From NCBI GenBank assembly GCA_024408505.1, contig JAKSUZ010000002.1, positions 65,337-129,336 of the forward strand: DNA of 64,000 bases, written 5' to 3'. Numbering within the stretch: position 1 is the stretch's first letter; each line of letters opens with the position of its first letter. Origin of the DNA: Bacilli bacterium. GTDB lineage: Bacteria; Bacillota_I; Bacilli_A; RFN20; CAG-826. The translations under genes were made by a program, and so were the position numbers. A model generated the notes under the pieces. That model made no database searches and had not been told where the DNA came from. It saw nothing but the letters and a program-made list of their open reading frames with translations. Below, one piece after another: positions 1 through 8,487 of the stretch.

Positions 1-264
1 AAAAAATTATTTAATGTAAACAAATTTTTTAATTTGTGCGATTTTTCGGACAAAAAATCTACAAAAATTTTTATTTCCCTGCTTTGTGGAAGGATAAAAA
101 ATGCGTGTAAGCGCGAGAAATTAGAAAAAAGTTAACTTTTGCATGGTTTGGTTAACTTTCTTTAAAACTCAAAAAAAATTATATTTATTTATAAATAAAT
201 ATTCTTAGCCTCCGTGAGGATTTTTGTCATTTTTTGTTAATTAACTAATAGGAGGAATTTTAAT

Positions 265-510
265 ATGTTAAAAAATAGAACACCATTGGATGAATTCGCT
301 AAATTATTAGAAAATCCATCACATGATTTATCAGTAGATGTGTATAATGGAAATAAGAAGATCCAGGAGAAAGGTGTGAAGAAGCGTAAATCTAAATACA
401 CATTGAATGAGATTGGTGATGCTTTGTTTGAACTAATTAATCGTTTTGACTATGTGGTTAAGACTAATAACCTAAAAGATTTATCTAAACAAAAGCGTAT
501 GAAGAAATAA
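265..510 (+). CDS. small Lys-rich hypothetical protein (81 aa)
   Basis: AGGAGG at 250-255 lies 9 nt before the ATG. No family recognised. Its 3' half is duplicated downstream. Confidence 0.5.
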   Translation: MLKNRTPLDEFAKLLENPSHDLSVDVYNGNKKIQEKGVKKRKSKYTLNEIGDALFELINRFDYVVKTNNLKDLSKQKRMKK

Positions 511-558
511 GAAGATCCAGGAGAAAGGTGTGAAGAAGCGTAAATCTAAATACACATT
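350..558 (+). repeat. pair of perfect 55-bp direct repeats (350-404 and 504-558)
   Basis: Identical string GAAATAAGAAGATCCAGGAGAAAGGTGTGAAGAAGCGTAAATCTAAATACACATT read at both positions. The second copy overlaps the stop codon of the 81-aa ORF. Confidence 0.9.
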
Positions 559-684
559 AAACGAGCTTTGTTTGAGTTTATTAAAACCACTAACGCTCGT
601 TTTGACAGAATAGAATCACGTATTGATTGTATTGACGCTCACCTTGATTATAACGGTCTTAAGCAGTTACCAGAAAATAAATAA
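504..684 (+). pseudogene. frameshifted partial duplicate of the 3' part of the 265-510 gene
   Basis: After repeat copy 2 the sequence parallels copy 1 but lacks 10 nt (ATTGGTGATG). The homologous frame reads ALFEFIKTTNARFDRIESRIDCIDAHLDYNGLKQLPENK* (stop 682-684), compared with ALFELINRFDYVV... in the intact gene. Confidence 0.4.
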
Positions 685-687
685 TAC

Positions 688-1806
688 TTAGAAATCACTA
701 TAGTTCATATCAAACACTATTTTCGTAGTGTAACTAGGATATATTTTACTTATTTCTTTTTCTACTAGTTTAGTGATGTCGTTCTTTTGTTTAACTAAGC
801 TAAAATCAATTCCGATATCTAAAGATACCCTTTTCTCTTTTTGATTAATATATACACCATGAACACTTAAAATGCCTTCTTTATCCTTTAGGGCATCTTT
901 AACCATTTTTCTAATCTTTTCGGTATTAGAGTTAACCGAATATAATCCTACAGTTAAGAAGATATCGTATTTCTTAAGAATGCTATCTTGAATCATAGTG
1001 GTTAAAATATGGAATTTATCGATTCCCAATTTATTATCCACTTCGACATGAACTGATCCAATCGCAAAATCAGGACCATAATTATGAATCACTAAGTCAT
1101 AAGCGCCTATTACATTAGGAAATTTAGATATTTCTTCTTTAATTTGCTTAGTGATATTAGCATCGGGTCTAATACCAATTAGTTTAGAAGCAGAAGTTAA
1201 GATAATCGTAATACCAGTTCTTAATACGAATATAGAGATTAAGACGCCTACAATACCATCAATTGAATAATTAGTGGTCATCGCGACAATAATAGCGATT
1301 AAAGTCGAAGTAGATATAATCGCATCTAAGATGGCATCAATACCTGAGCCCATTAAAGCATCAGATGAATATTTCTTACCTTTGATACGAGTAAAGATTC
1401 CTAACGCTAATTTAACGACAATAGCTAAAGATATAACAATAAGTTGTGGCCAACCATATTCAGGTAAGGTAGGAGTAATAATCTTCTCAATGCTTTCTTT
1501 AATAAATAAAATGCCAGTCGCTAAAATAATCGCTCCAATGATAAGAGAACTAAAATATTCAATTCTTCCAAAACCATATGGATGTTTCTTAGTGGGATTT
1601 CTTTTTGATAATTTAACTCCGATTAAAGTAACTACAGATGACACTGCATCGGTTAAATTATTAACCGCATCAAGAATAATCGCAATTGAATTAGCGATAA
1701 TTCCTACGACCGCTTTAGCCGCAACTAACAATACATTAGTGATAATTCCAATCGCACTAACTTTAACAATGTTCTTTTGACGAACAGTACTATTTATTTT
1801 CTTCAT
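688..1806 (-). CDS. cation diffusion facilitator (CDF) family metal efflux transporter
   Basis: Six predicted TM helices. HPYGFGRIEYFSSLIIG motif and a C-terminal cytoplasmic domain typical of CzcD/FieF-type CDF proteins. Confidence 0.85.
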   Translation of the reverse strand: MKKINSTVRQKNIVKVSAIGIITNVLLVAAKAVVGIIANSIAIILDAVNNLTDAVSSVVTLIGVKLSKRNPTKKHPYGFGRIEYFSSLIIGAIILATGILFIKESIEKIITPTLPEYGWPQLIVISLAIVVKLALGIFTRIKGKKYSSDALMGSGIDAILDAIISTSTLIAIIVAMTTNYSIDGIVGVLISIFVLRTGITIILTSASKLIGIRPDANITKQIKEEISKFPNVIGAYDLVIHNYGPDFAIGSVHVEVDNKLGIDKFHILTTMIQDSILKKYDIFLTVGLYSVNSNTEKIRKMVKDALKDKEGILSVHGVYINQKEKRVSLDIGIDFSLVKQKNDITKLVEKEISKIYPSYTTKIVFDMNYSDF

Positions 1807-1875
1807 AAGGACATTTTATAACATATTTATATCGTTGATATATTAATTTAATATCATTATTTTCTCGTGAGATCC

Positions 1876-1945
1876 ATATTAACAAGATGCATCCAGAACG
1901 ATATGTCCATCTACAATGCCAACAGGAAACCATGCGGGTTTTGTT
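1876..1945 (+). repeat. copy A of a roughly 70-85 nt intergenic element shared with 8324-8407
   Basis: Ordered shared blocks ATATT.ACAAGATGC..TC..GAACG...TCCAT.TAC...CC.ACAGGAA...TG.GGGTTTTGTT. Lies upstream of the methyltransferase start at 1971. Confidence 0.6.
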
Positions 1946-1958
1946 TTATAGAAAAGAA

Positions 1959-1964
1959 TATAAT
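1959..1964 (+). promoter_or_regulatory. -10 box TATAAT 6 nt upstream of ATG 1971 (possible leaderless mRNA)
   Basis: TATAAT-N6-ATG with no Shine-Dalgarno sequence between them. Confidence 0.4.
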
Positions 1965-1970
1965 ATATGC

Positions 1971-2684
1971 ATGAATGAGTTTGATAAAATCAAAGAGAAA
2001 GCCGAAGTCAACTATCAGAATTACAAAATCGATGATGGTTTAAATTGGTATGAAGTAGTCGATAAAGTTTTGAATAAAGTTATATATCGAATTCTAGATA
2101 AACATGATTATAGTGATGCAGTTATTTTAAATGCGGGTTCCGGTGGCCAAACCTATAACACTAAGGGTAAATTGATTCATCTAGATTTAGTAAAATCTAA
2201 TATTAAACAATTTGAACATTATTTAGTTGGTTCAATTGAATCCATGCCAATTAGTGATAATAGTGTCGACATTCTTATTTGCGTTGGTAGTGTGCTTAAT
2301 TACACTAACCAAGAAAAAAGTATTAAAGAGTTTAATCGAGTTCTTAAGAAGAATGGGATTCTTATTTTAGAATTTGAACGTAGCAATAGTGGAGAGTTCC
2401 TCTTTAATAAGAACCATCATAAACAATCGTTCTTACAAAAATACGAATACAATAAGCAAGAACATTTATTAATGATGTACAATGAGAAATTTATTATTAA
2501 CCAACTCAAGGATAACGGTTTTAAATTAGACTACAAAAAACGGTTTCATACATTATCTACCCTTTTATATAGGTTAGGGATGAAAGAGGAGCGCGCTGCT
2601 AAATATGCGAAAGGAGATTGGTTACTTAAGCCACTATCTTACTCTTTAGCGCATAACGTTGTTTTGGTATTAACTAAAATTTAG
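1971..2684 (+). CDS. class I SAM-dependent methyltransferase
   Basis: Motif I ILNAGSGGQ; DILICVGSVLNY and LKKNGILILEF blocks. The ORF-track start at 1887 overlaps intergenic element A and has no RBS, so I prefer the ATG at 1971 (MNEFDKIKEK). Confidence 0.75.
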   Translation: MNEFDKIKEKAEVNYQNYKIDDGLNWYEVVDKVLNKVIYRILDKHDYSDAVILNAGSGGQTYNTKGKLIHLDLVKSNIKQFEHYLVGSIESMPISDNSVDILICVGSVLNYTNQEKSIKEFNRVLKKNGILILEFERSNSGEFLFNKNHHKQSFLQKYEYNKQEHLLMMYNEKFIINQLKDNGFKLDYKKRFHTLSTLLYRLGMKEERAAKYAKGDWLLKPLSYSLAHNVVLVLTKI

Positions 2685-5566
2685 GCAATTTCTTTTACTT
2701 CTTTAGAATTAACATTTAATTGATATGTATGAGCGTTTCCTAATACTAACTTAGGAATATAATTCATGAAATATAAGTTAGATCCCATGAACGCTAAATC
2801 AGAAGCATAATATTTTAAACCTGTACCAGTATCATAACCTAATATTAGTTTTTGAGTATCTTCTCCAACGGCCTCTTTACTAACCCGATAAAATCCGGCT
2901 TTAGAAGGTTTGGAAATAGGGTAGGAATAATAATAAATATATCCATCATAATCAACCATTTCATTCGGATTAGTATCGGTCTTGGCAAGTATATATTCTG
3001 AGCCTGGAGCAGAGAAAAAGGTTAATCTAATAGAGTTATCAGTAATCCCATTATAAATGTAAAAGATATCATTGCCATCAATAGTAAATTGCTTTACGTT
3101 TTTGGTAGTATCAGAAAAAACTTCAGATTTCATGTCTTGAGATGTAGGGGTGATATCTGGATATCTAATCGATTCAATCTTCCCGTTATCTTGTCCGGTA
3201 CTGCAATTAATAAAGTAAAGCCGCTCATCGGTGTTTCTAATTACAAAGTTTTTAGCGCCATTAATATTAGAGAATTTTACATATTCACTGCCATCAAGTT
3301 TCATTCTAGCTATACCGCCTGCTGTGCCCACAAAATTATAATGGGTGCCATAAATATACTCGCCATCCGTTATCATATTTCTTAAATCGTTATTATTTAT
3401 TTTTACCGTTTCCGAACTTACATTCAAATCCGCGCAATAAATATCATTATTTGTGAGTAAGGTGACTTGATTGAAATAAATTTTGTTGTTATGAATGAAG
3501 AAGTCTTCTACCTTATCAGTTGATAATTGGTAGCTTTTCTTTGTTTTTTCATCGTAATAACATAAGGTTTTACCTGCATACATATCAAGATAATAAACTC
3601 TACTACCATTTGCTATAGTACGCCCACCGGTATTCACTGGTGTATATTCTGGTTTTACAAATCCCGCTAATAAATCAGTCTTAATTTTACTAGAAGGATC
3701 GTACCGATAAAGATGTAAATCGTTAGTATCAGTGTATACAACCGAATAATTATCTTCAATATCAAATCCATTTACATTTCCAGTTTCAACAAGGTGATCT
3801 TCTTCTTTGGAAATAACATCCACCGACCAAACTCCGTACTCAGAAGGATCAACCGCTCCAAACCAATCGGTGTAATTAAAATAAACTTTGTTATTTTTAA
3901 CTTTTAAAAATTCGCCTGCTTTATTAGTTAATTTGATAACTTCATTGCTATTAGAGGATAAGCTAATATAACCGATGTAATCATTAACAGTACCATTAAC
4001 TGAACAGTAAAGTGTCTTGCTATGAATAACAAACTCATGCATTTTTTCCTCTGATACCTTAATTGGATCAGTTGGAGTGGTTAGGTTAAATTTGTAAATT
4101 AAACTATCTTTGGCATTAATAAAATACAAATCATTATCATAAATCTCAAGGTTATCAGCTTTCCCTTCATAGATTTTAGTTACAACCGGTTCGGTTTTGG
4201 TGTCAGTTGTATCGACTTTATAAATTCCTGAAGCGCCTGATGTTAATAAATTCTTTGAGTAGTAATAAACGTTGTCACTATATTTTACGAAGTCATTTAT
4301 TTTAGAATCGGTATATTTTAATGTAGTCGTATTGTTATTAATGCTTTTAATAGAATTAATTAATGGAGTATTCGCATTAAATAAAATTTCTGAACTACTA
4401 TATCTTTTAATATTTTTAGGTGCAGAATAGTCAATTCTAGCAAAGGTGCCATCGGTTTTTAATGAATATAAGCGTTGAGAATCTAAACCATTAGCAAAAT
4501 AAATATCATCACTTCCAGTCACATAAACCGGCATATATTTTCTTTGTTCTTTAATAGTTAATGTTGCGGTTAAAGTTAAAGTAACATAATTCTTATTAGT
4601 TATAACAATTGAGTAATCATACTTGCCTACTGCTTTTGCTTCTTTTACTTCTTTTCCTTGATATTTAACGGTTTGTTTTGTATCCGTGCCAGATGGTAAA
4701 TTTCCAATTAATTTAACATCCTTTATATGATCAGCCCCATCATATATAACAATCTCACTATTATAAGTTAATCCTTGGAATTCAGCTGGAGCAATAGTTA
4801 AAGTGGCTTCAAGAATTTTCGTCTCATATCCCTCCTTAACTAAAGTAGCAGTTGCTTTATACGAACCTACATCGGTATATTCGTCTCTACCACTATAGGT
4901 AATAGTAGTGTCTTCTGGGGCGCCTTCAACATCCCCTAATTTATGCTTATTCCCGTCATAGGTTACAGTTGAAGAAGAGAAAGTAGCATCATCGAATTTA
5001 CCTCCTCTAATAGTCAAAGTTGTATCAAATCGAGCGGTTATGTAATTTTTATTTGTTAATGTCACTGAATAATAATAAAGACTAGGATCAATTGCTTTAT
5101 CTACTTTTTGGCCTAACCTATTTTTAACCTCTTGTGTTTTACTCGTGCCAGACGGTAGTTCTCCGGTTAATTTAACATCGTTAAAATGATCTTTACCATC
5201 ATAATCAAGCGATACGCTTTCATAAGTAAGACCGCTAAATTCAGCTGGATTAATGTTTAAAGTAGCCGTAAGCGTTATGGTTTTGTATTCTTCTTTAGAT
5301 AAAGTCGCACTAGCTTTGTAAGTTCCAACATCAATTTGAGGTACTCTGTCATCATAAACAATATTAGTACCCTCCGGAGCGCCTCTTACTTCGCCTAATG
5401 TATGCTCTTTACCATCATAAGTAACATTTATTGAATCAAAATAAACGTCCTTAAATTCCTTTTCCTCTGGTGTAGGAGGAGTTGGTGGTGGTACATCTCC
5501 GGCGCCACAAGAAACTAAAGGGGCAATCATTAGGCATAAAGCCACTGCAATCAAAGATTTTTTCAT
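2681..5566 (-). CDS. large surface lipoprotein with tandem MBG-like repeat domains and a C-terminal DUF5050-like beta-propeller
   Basis: Signal peptide plus lipobox MKKSLIAVALCLMIAPLVSC. A two-fold tandem repeat of about 150 aa (roughly nt 4550-5450) contains VTYDGKEH..G.V.GAPE...I.Y units. The C-terminal 600 aa carries recurring hYF.N / hYY motifs. AAGGAG lies 7 nt upstream of the ATG. Confidence 0.7.
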   Translation of the reverse strand: MKKSLIAVALCLMIAPLVSCGAGDVPPPTPPTPEEKEFKDVYFDSINVTYDGKEHTLGEVRGAPEGTNIVYDDRVPQIDVGTYKASATLSKEEYKTITLTATLNINPAEFSGLTYESVSLDYDGKDHFNDVKLTGELPSGTSKTQEVKNRLGQKVDKAIDPSLYYYSVTLTNKNYITARFDTTLTIRGGKFDDATFSSSTVTYDGNKHKLGDVEGAPEDTTITYSGRDEYTDVGSYKATATLVKEGYETKILEATLTIAPAEFQGLTYNSEIVIYDGADHIKDVKLIGNLPSGTDTKQTVKYQGKEVKEAKAVGKYDYSIVITNKNYVTLTLTATLTIKEQRKYMPVYVTGSDDIYFANGLDSQRLYSLKTDGTFARIDYSAPKNIKRYSSSEILFNANTPLINSIKSINNNTTTLKYTDSKINDFVKYSDNVYYYSKNLLTSGASGIYKVDTTDTKTEPVVTKIYEGKADNLEIYDNDLYFINAKDSLIYKFNLTTPTDPIKVSEEKMHEFVIHSKTLYCSVNGTVNDYIGYISLSSNSNEVIKLTNKAGEFLKVKNNKVYFNYTDWFGAVDPSEYGVWSVDVISKEEDHLVETGNVNGFDIEDNYSVVYTDTNDLHLYRYDPSSKIKTDLLAGFVKPEYTPVNTGGRTIANGSRVYYLDMYAGKTLCYYDEKTKKSYQLSTDKVEDFFIHNNKIYFNQVTLLTNNDIYCADLNVSSETVKINNNDLRNMITDGEYIYGTHYNFVGTAGGIARMKLDGSEYVKFSNINGAKNFVIRNTDERLYFINCSTGQDNGKIESIRYPDITPTSQDMKSEVFSDTTKNVKQFTIDGNDIFYIYNGITDNSIRLTFFSAPGSEYILAKTDTNPNEMVDYDGYIYYYSYPISKPSKAGFYRVSKEAVGEDTQKLILGYDTGTGLKYYASDLAFMGSNLYFMNYIPKLVLGNAHTYQLNVNSKEVKEIA

Positions 5567-5577
5567 AGTAATTCTCC

Positions 5578-6870
5578 TTAAATATTATTTAACATTACCT
5601 TATTGTTTATTTCAATAGAAATAAAACTTTTTAAATATTCTTTTGCACACGCTAAAACTTCTTCATTTAATTCTTCAGGAAATAAGAAACCTTCATTTGG
5701 ATGATTTTTTATATATTGATATGCACCGTATACTCCAGCGCTTACTTGGCGAATCGTAGCAAGTTCATTTAATTCCTTTGAATCCAAATAATTAGCGAAG
5801 TATCTACTCTTAAAACGTTTACCTTGAATTAGAATACCTACTTCTTCTCCACCACTAACATAATCTTTTTTAGTTAGTAGTTTGTAGTTAGGATGTTTAT
5901 TATGAAAATTATCGTTAACTGAAGTAAGAGCAAGATTAGACGGATGATATAGGAAAATTACTGTAGGACGATATTTTTTATAAGTTAAATATTCACGCAT
6001 AGAGAAGATTTCTTCGTGACAAATTACATTAGCGGTAATTCTTCCTTTAGAATAAACCGTTTCTTCTTGATATTTAATGCCAGACGCTCTTAAGGCAATG
6101 TATTGATCTTTGATATCGATATCATAATAAGCATCGTGTTTTAGACAATTTTTAACATTATCATAAGCGATTTCAGGGCTACTAATCGATTCATAGTAGA
6201 ATGCTTTAGCGTTCCAAGGTGAATAAATAGTGTCAAGGTTACGCTCAATTGAGAACTTTTGATTATCAATATCAATTTCTTCAATCAAAGTGATTTTAAG
6301 TTTTTTGGCTACTAGATTATATTTATTATCTTTAATTAATTGTTTTAACTTATTCCTAAATAGGCGAACATATAAAGAATTATCTTTATTAATAATTTCT
6401 TTAATCGCTTCTTTCATAAATAAAGATACTAATCCCGGGTTCATTCCAAATTCAATAACTGAAGTTACTCCTTTATGCCCGTATTTTTCTCTAAGTTTTT
6501 TATATTCTAAGAAATGTTGATGGATACTAATCCAAGACTTATCATTCACCCAAGACGAATCTGCGGTAAATAAATAATGAATATTGTGATTTAAACAATA
6601 TTCTAGAATTGTTAAACTCTTCACATTAGTAGTAAAGTCAAATAAATAATCGCCTTCTTTTAATTCATTTAAAACACTCAATAAATTATCTTGTTCGATT
6701 TTAATGTTTTTAAAATTAGCGCGTTTACCACCTAACTTAAGAAAATCGTTAAGTTTATTCTTATCTTCTTCGACACAATAAAAAGTATTAGGATTGAATT
6801 TGCCTTTATCTTTTAAAATGTTTAAAAACGATTGGCCCACTAGGCCTAATCCTAATACGTAATATTTCAT
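5578..6870 (-). CDS. saccharopine dehydrogenase-family NAD(P)-binding enzyme, homospermidine synthase-like
   Basis: N-terminal Rossmann motif VLGLGLVGQ. The FGMNPGLVSLFMKEA block resembles the G.NPGLVS signature I recall from homospermidine synthases. Its start overlaps the stop of the upstream 87-aa gene. Confidence 0.5.
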   Translation of the reverse strand: MKYYVLGLGLVGQSFLNILKDKGKFNPNTFYCVEEDKNKLNDFLKLGGKRANFKNIKIEQDNLLSVLNELKEGDYLFDFTTNVKSLTILEYCLNHNIHYLFTADSSWVNDKSWISIHQHFLEYKKLREKYGHKGVTSVIEFGMNPGLVSLFMKEAIKEIINKDNSLYVRLFRNKLKQLIKDNKYNLVAKKLKITLIEEIDIDNQKFSIERNLDTIYSPWNAKAFYYESISSPEIAYDNVKNCLKHDAYYDIDIKDQYIALRASGIKYQEETVYSKGRITANVICHEEIFSMREYLTYKKYRPTVIFLYHPSNLALTSVNDNFHNKHPNYKLLTKKDYVSGGEEVGILIQGKRFKSRYFANYLDSKELNELATIRQVSAGVYGAYQYIKNHPNEGFLFPEELNEEVLACAKEYLKSFISIEINNKVMLNNI

Positions 6871-7133
6871 TAGATAACTTTAGCGCACTTAAGCAATGCA
6901 CAGAATAAACCGATAATCACACCAATTGCAAGTAACACTAGGAAGAACTTAAGTAATCTCTTACTTCTTCTTTCGCTAATCGCTTCTTGACGCGCTTCTT
7001 CTTGACGCTGATATTGAGCTAAACGAGCCTCCTTTTCTTCTGGAGTCATTTCGTCTAACTCTTTTTCGCTTGGCATGGTCGGCTTACTTGGTATATAGTC
7101 GCCACCGCCAAAACTTCCACCACCTGATCCCAT
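6870..7133 (-). CDS. small tail-anchored membrane protein (87 aa)
   Basis: AAGGAG lies 8 nt upstream. Gly-rich N-terminus, charged E/R/Q helix, single C-terminal TM helix (FFLVLLAIGVIIGLFCALL). Confidence 0.55.
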   Translation of the reverse strand: MGSGGGSFGGGDYIPSKPTMPSEKELDEMTPEEKEARLAQYQRQEEARQEAISERRSKRLLKFFLVLLAIGVIIGLFCALLKCAKVI

Positions 7134-7146
7134 AATTTAATCTCCT

Positions 7147-8046
7147 TTATTTAATTCTACCTATTATATAAAAAGGGAATGATACTGAAGCACATATCAT
7201 TGATAATGCTAATGCTATCCCAAAGATAAAGACTCCAACTGCTGCACTAATAATCCCACTTGCAATCTTTAATGGGATTAAAATAACTACATCTCCATCA
7301 AATAAATGACCTACAAAATAAACCGGAACTTTTACACTAGCAGTAGCAATATCCACAAACATCTCTGTAATATATGTATCCGAAAAAATACAATAAACTA
7401 CTGCTAAAACTAAATAGGCAAATAAAAATGCTAAACCTACCCATCCACCAGGACTAACGGCCTTACCGAATATTATTCCTAACACTAAAGTTAAAATAAA
7501 TGCAACTACTGCAGCGATAATTCCACCAATTAATGACTTATGCCCTTCAACTCCAGTAATTTTGCTTTTAAATTTACTAGAAGAAATCCCGCTTTTACTT
7601 TTAGTTGGGTGAACTTGTTCAATCTTTTGATCAAGCTCTAACCCTTTTTGATAGCATTCTTCACAAATCGTGACTTCAGTACGTTCACCATTATCGCGCC
7701 TAAATACTTTATGAGTAGATTCATTCTCGCCAATCTTACGATGACAATCATGACATGTTAACGCTCCATAATTTACGGATTCGCCCTCAAAGTCATTGAT
7801 AACGATATTTGTGGTGTCATTACCTTTGTCTTCTTCTTTTTGCTCTTCTTTTTGCCCATAGATTAAATCATCAAGCTTACATTCAAAAACCTCAGCCATT
7901 TTCTCAAGCATATCTAAATTCGGTTCAACTTCATCTTTTTCGTAACGTGAAATTGCTTGGGGTGAAATGAATAGACGTTCCGCTAATTGTTTTTGGGTTA
8001 GCCCCATTTTCTCACGATAGGTTTTTATGTTGCTTCCAACTTTCAT
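7147..8046 (-). CDS. membrane-tethered XRE-family HTH regulator with a zinc ribbon and a C-terminal polytopic membrane domain
   Basis: HTH IKTYREKMGLTQKQLAERLFISPQAISRYE. Cys pairs CHDCH...CEEC. About 4 TM helices. Start moved to the ATG at 8046 (MKVGSN), which has GAGG 9 nt upstream; the ORF-track start is 8100. Confidence 0.75.
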   Translation of the reverse strand: MKVGSNIKTYREKMGLTQKQLAERLFISPQAISRYEKDEVEPNLDMLEKMAEVFECKLDDLIYGQKEEQKEEDKGNDTTNIVINDFEGESVNYGALTCHDCHRKIGENESTHKVFRRDNGERTEVTICEECYQKGLELDQKIEQVHPTKSKSGISSSKFKSKITGVEGHKSLIGGIIAAVVAFILTLVLGIIFGKAVSPGGWVGLAFLFAYLVLAVVYCIFSDTYITEMFVDIATASVKVPVYFVGHLFDGDVVILIPLKIASGIISAAVGVFIFGIALALSMICASVSFPFYIIGRIK

Positions 8047-8148
8047 TCGTTTTGACCTCATGGGTTTATTTAACCGAAATACTTTAAAAAAGTAAATCAA
8101 CTAAATAGGGAATTGCTCAACAATTTGTGGAATTCTCTTACTAATTTG

Positions 8149-8157
8149 ATTATATCA
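8149..8157 (-). promoter_or_regulatory. extended -10 (TGATATAAT) candidate promoter for the 8046-2681 operon
   Basis: Reverse complement of 8149-8157 reads TGATATAAT, about 95 nt upstream of ATG 8046. Confidence 0.35.
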
Positions 8158-8323
8158 AATATCTATAAGCCTATCGCAGAATTAAAATACTCTTTAACTA
8201 TTTTTTTTAAAAAATAATAATGAAATATGATTTTTCTTAGATATGCATTGTGTCCCTTATATCGTACAAATAAAATATTTAATTTGATGTAATTTCTAAT
8301 TATGAGATTATATTAGTAGTCTT

Positions 8324-8407
8324 GATATTCACAAGATGCGTCTGGAACGGAAGAGCGTTCCATATACCTCCTTTACATTACCCACAGGAATTCCTGTGGG
8401 TTTTGTT
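8324..8407 (+). repeat. copy B of the intergenic element shared with 1876-1945; contains two hairpins
   Basis: Same ordered blocks as copy A. Extra hairpin GGAACG-GAAGAG-CGTTCC (8345-8362). Perfect 20-bp palindrome CCCACAGGAATTCCTGTGGG (8381-8400) followed by TTTTGTT. Confidence 0.6.
8381..8404 (+). terminator. intrinsic-terminator-like hairpin (8-bp stem, AATT loop, T-run)
   Basis: CCCACAGG AATT CCTGTGGG TTTT. No annotated plus-strand gene ends here, so it would terminate a short unannotated transcript or act as an attenuator ahead of the WYL gene. Confidence 0.45.
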
Positions 8408-8487
8408 ATTGTATATGTACTAAATATTGGACATATGGATGCATTCATTTTAGAATTGTTTTATATTATTACTACGAGGTATAAGTT

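Noticed and set aside
131-160. GTTAACTTT direct repeat and the ATTTATTTATAAATAAAT palindrome (181-200) upstream of the first gene as operator sites
   Set aside because: These are short AT-rich motifs, plausible by chance in this composition, and no cognate regulator is evident.
1274-1780. 168-aa plus-strand ORF inside the CDF transporter gene. Similar antisense or nested ORFs occur at 3089-3385, 6290-6520, 12482-13129, 13269-13903, 15790-16071, 17144-17488, 17699-17890, 23130-23351, 26312-26581, 26931-27143, 31767-32000, 32604-32795, 33221-33469, 34783-38656, 40695-40901, 42302-42526, 46188-47409, 47791-47997, 49689-49889, 50482-51801, 53397-53642, 54969-55175 and 62628-63464.
   Set aside because: Each lies entirely within a much longer, motif-supported gene on the opposite strand or in another frame. 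They have low-complexity or hydrophobic mirror-image composition and no RBS. In AT-rich DNA such ORFs are expected by chance.
8316-8366. 16-codon minus-strand ORF (MERSSVPDASCEYQDY) with AAAGGAGG just upstream, inside intergenic element B
   Set aside because: The RBS-to-ATG spacing is only 3 nt. The homologous region of element A is read in a different frame (MDISFWMHLVNMDLTRK), so no peptide is conserved.
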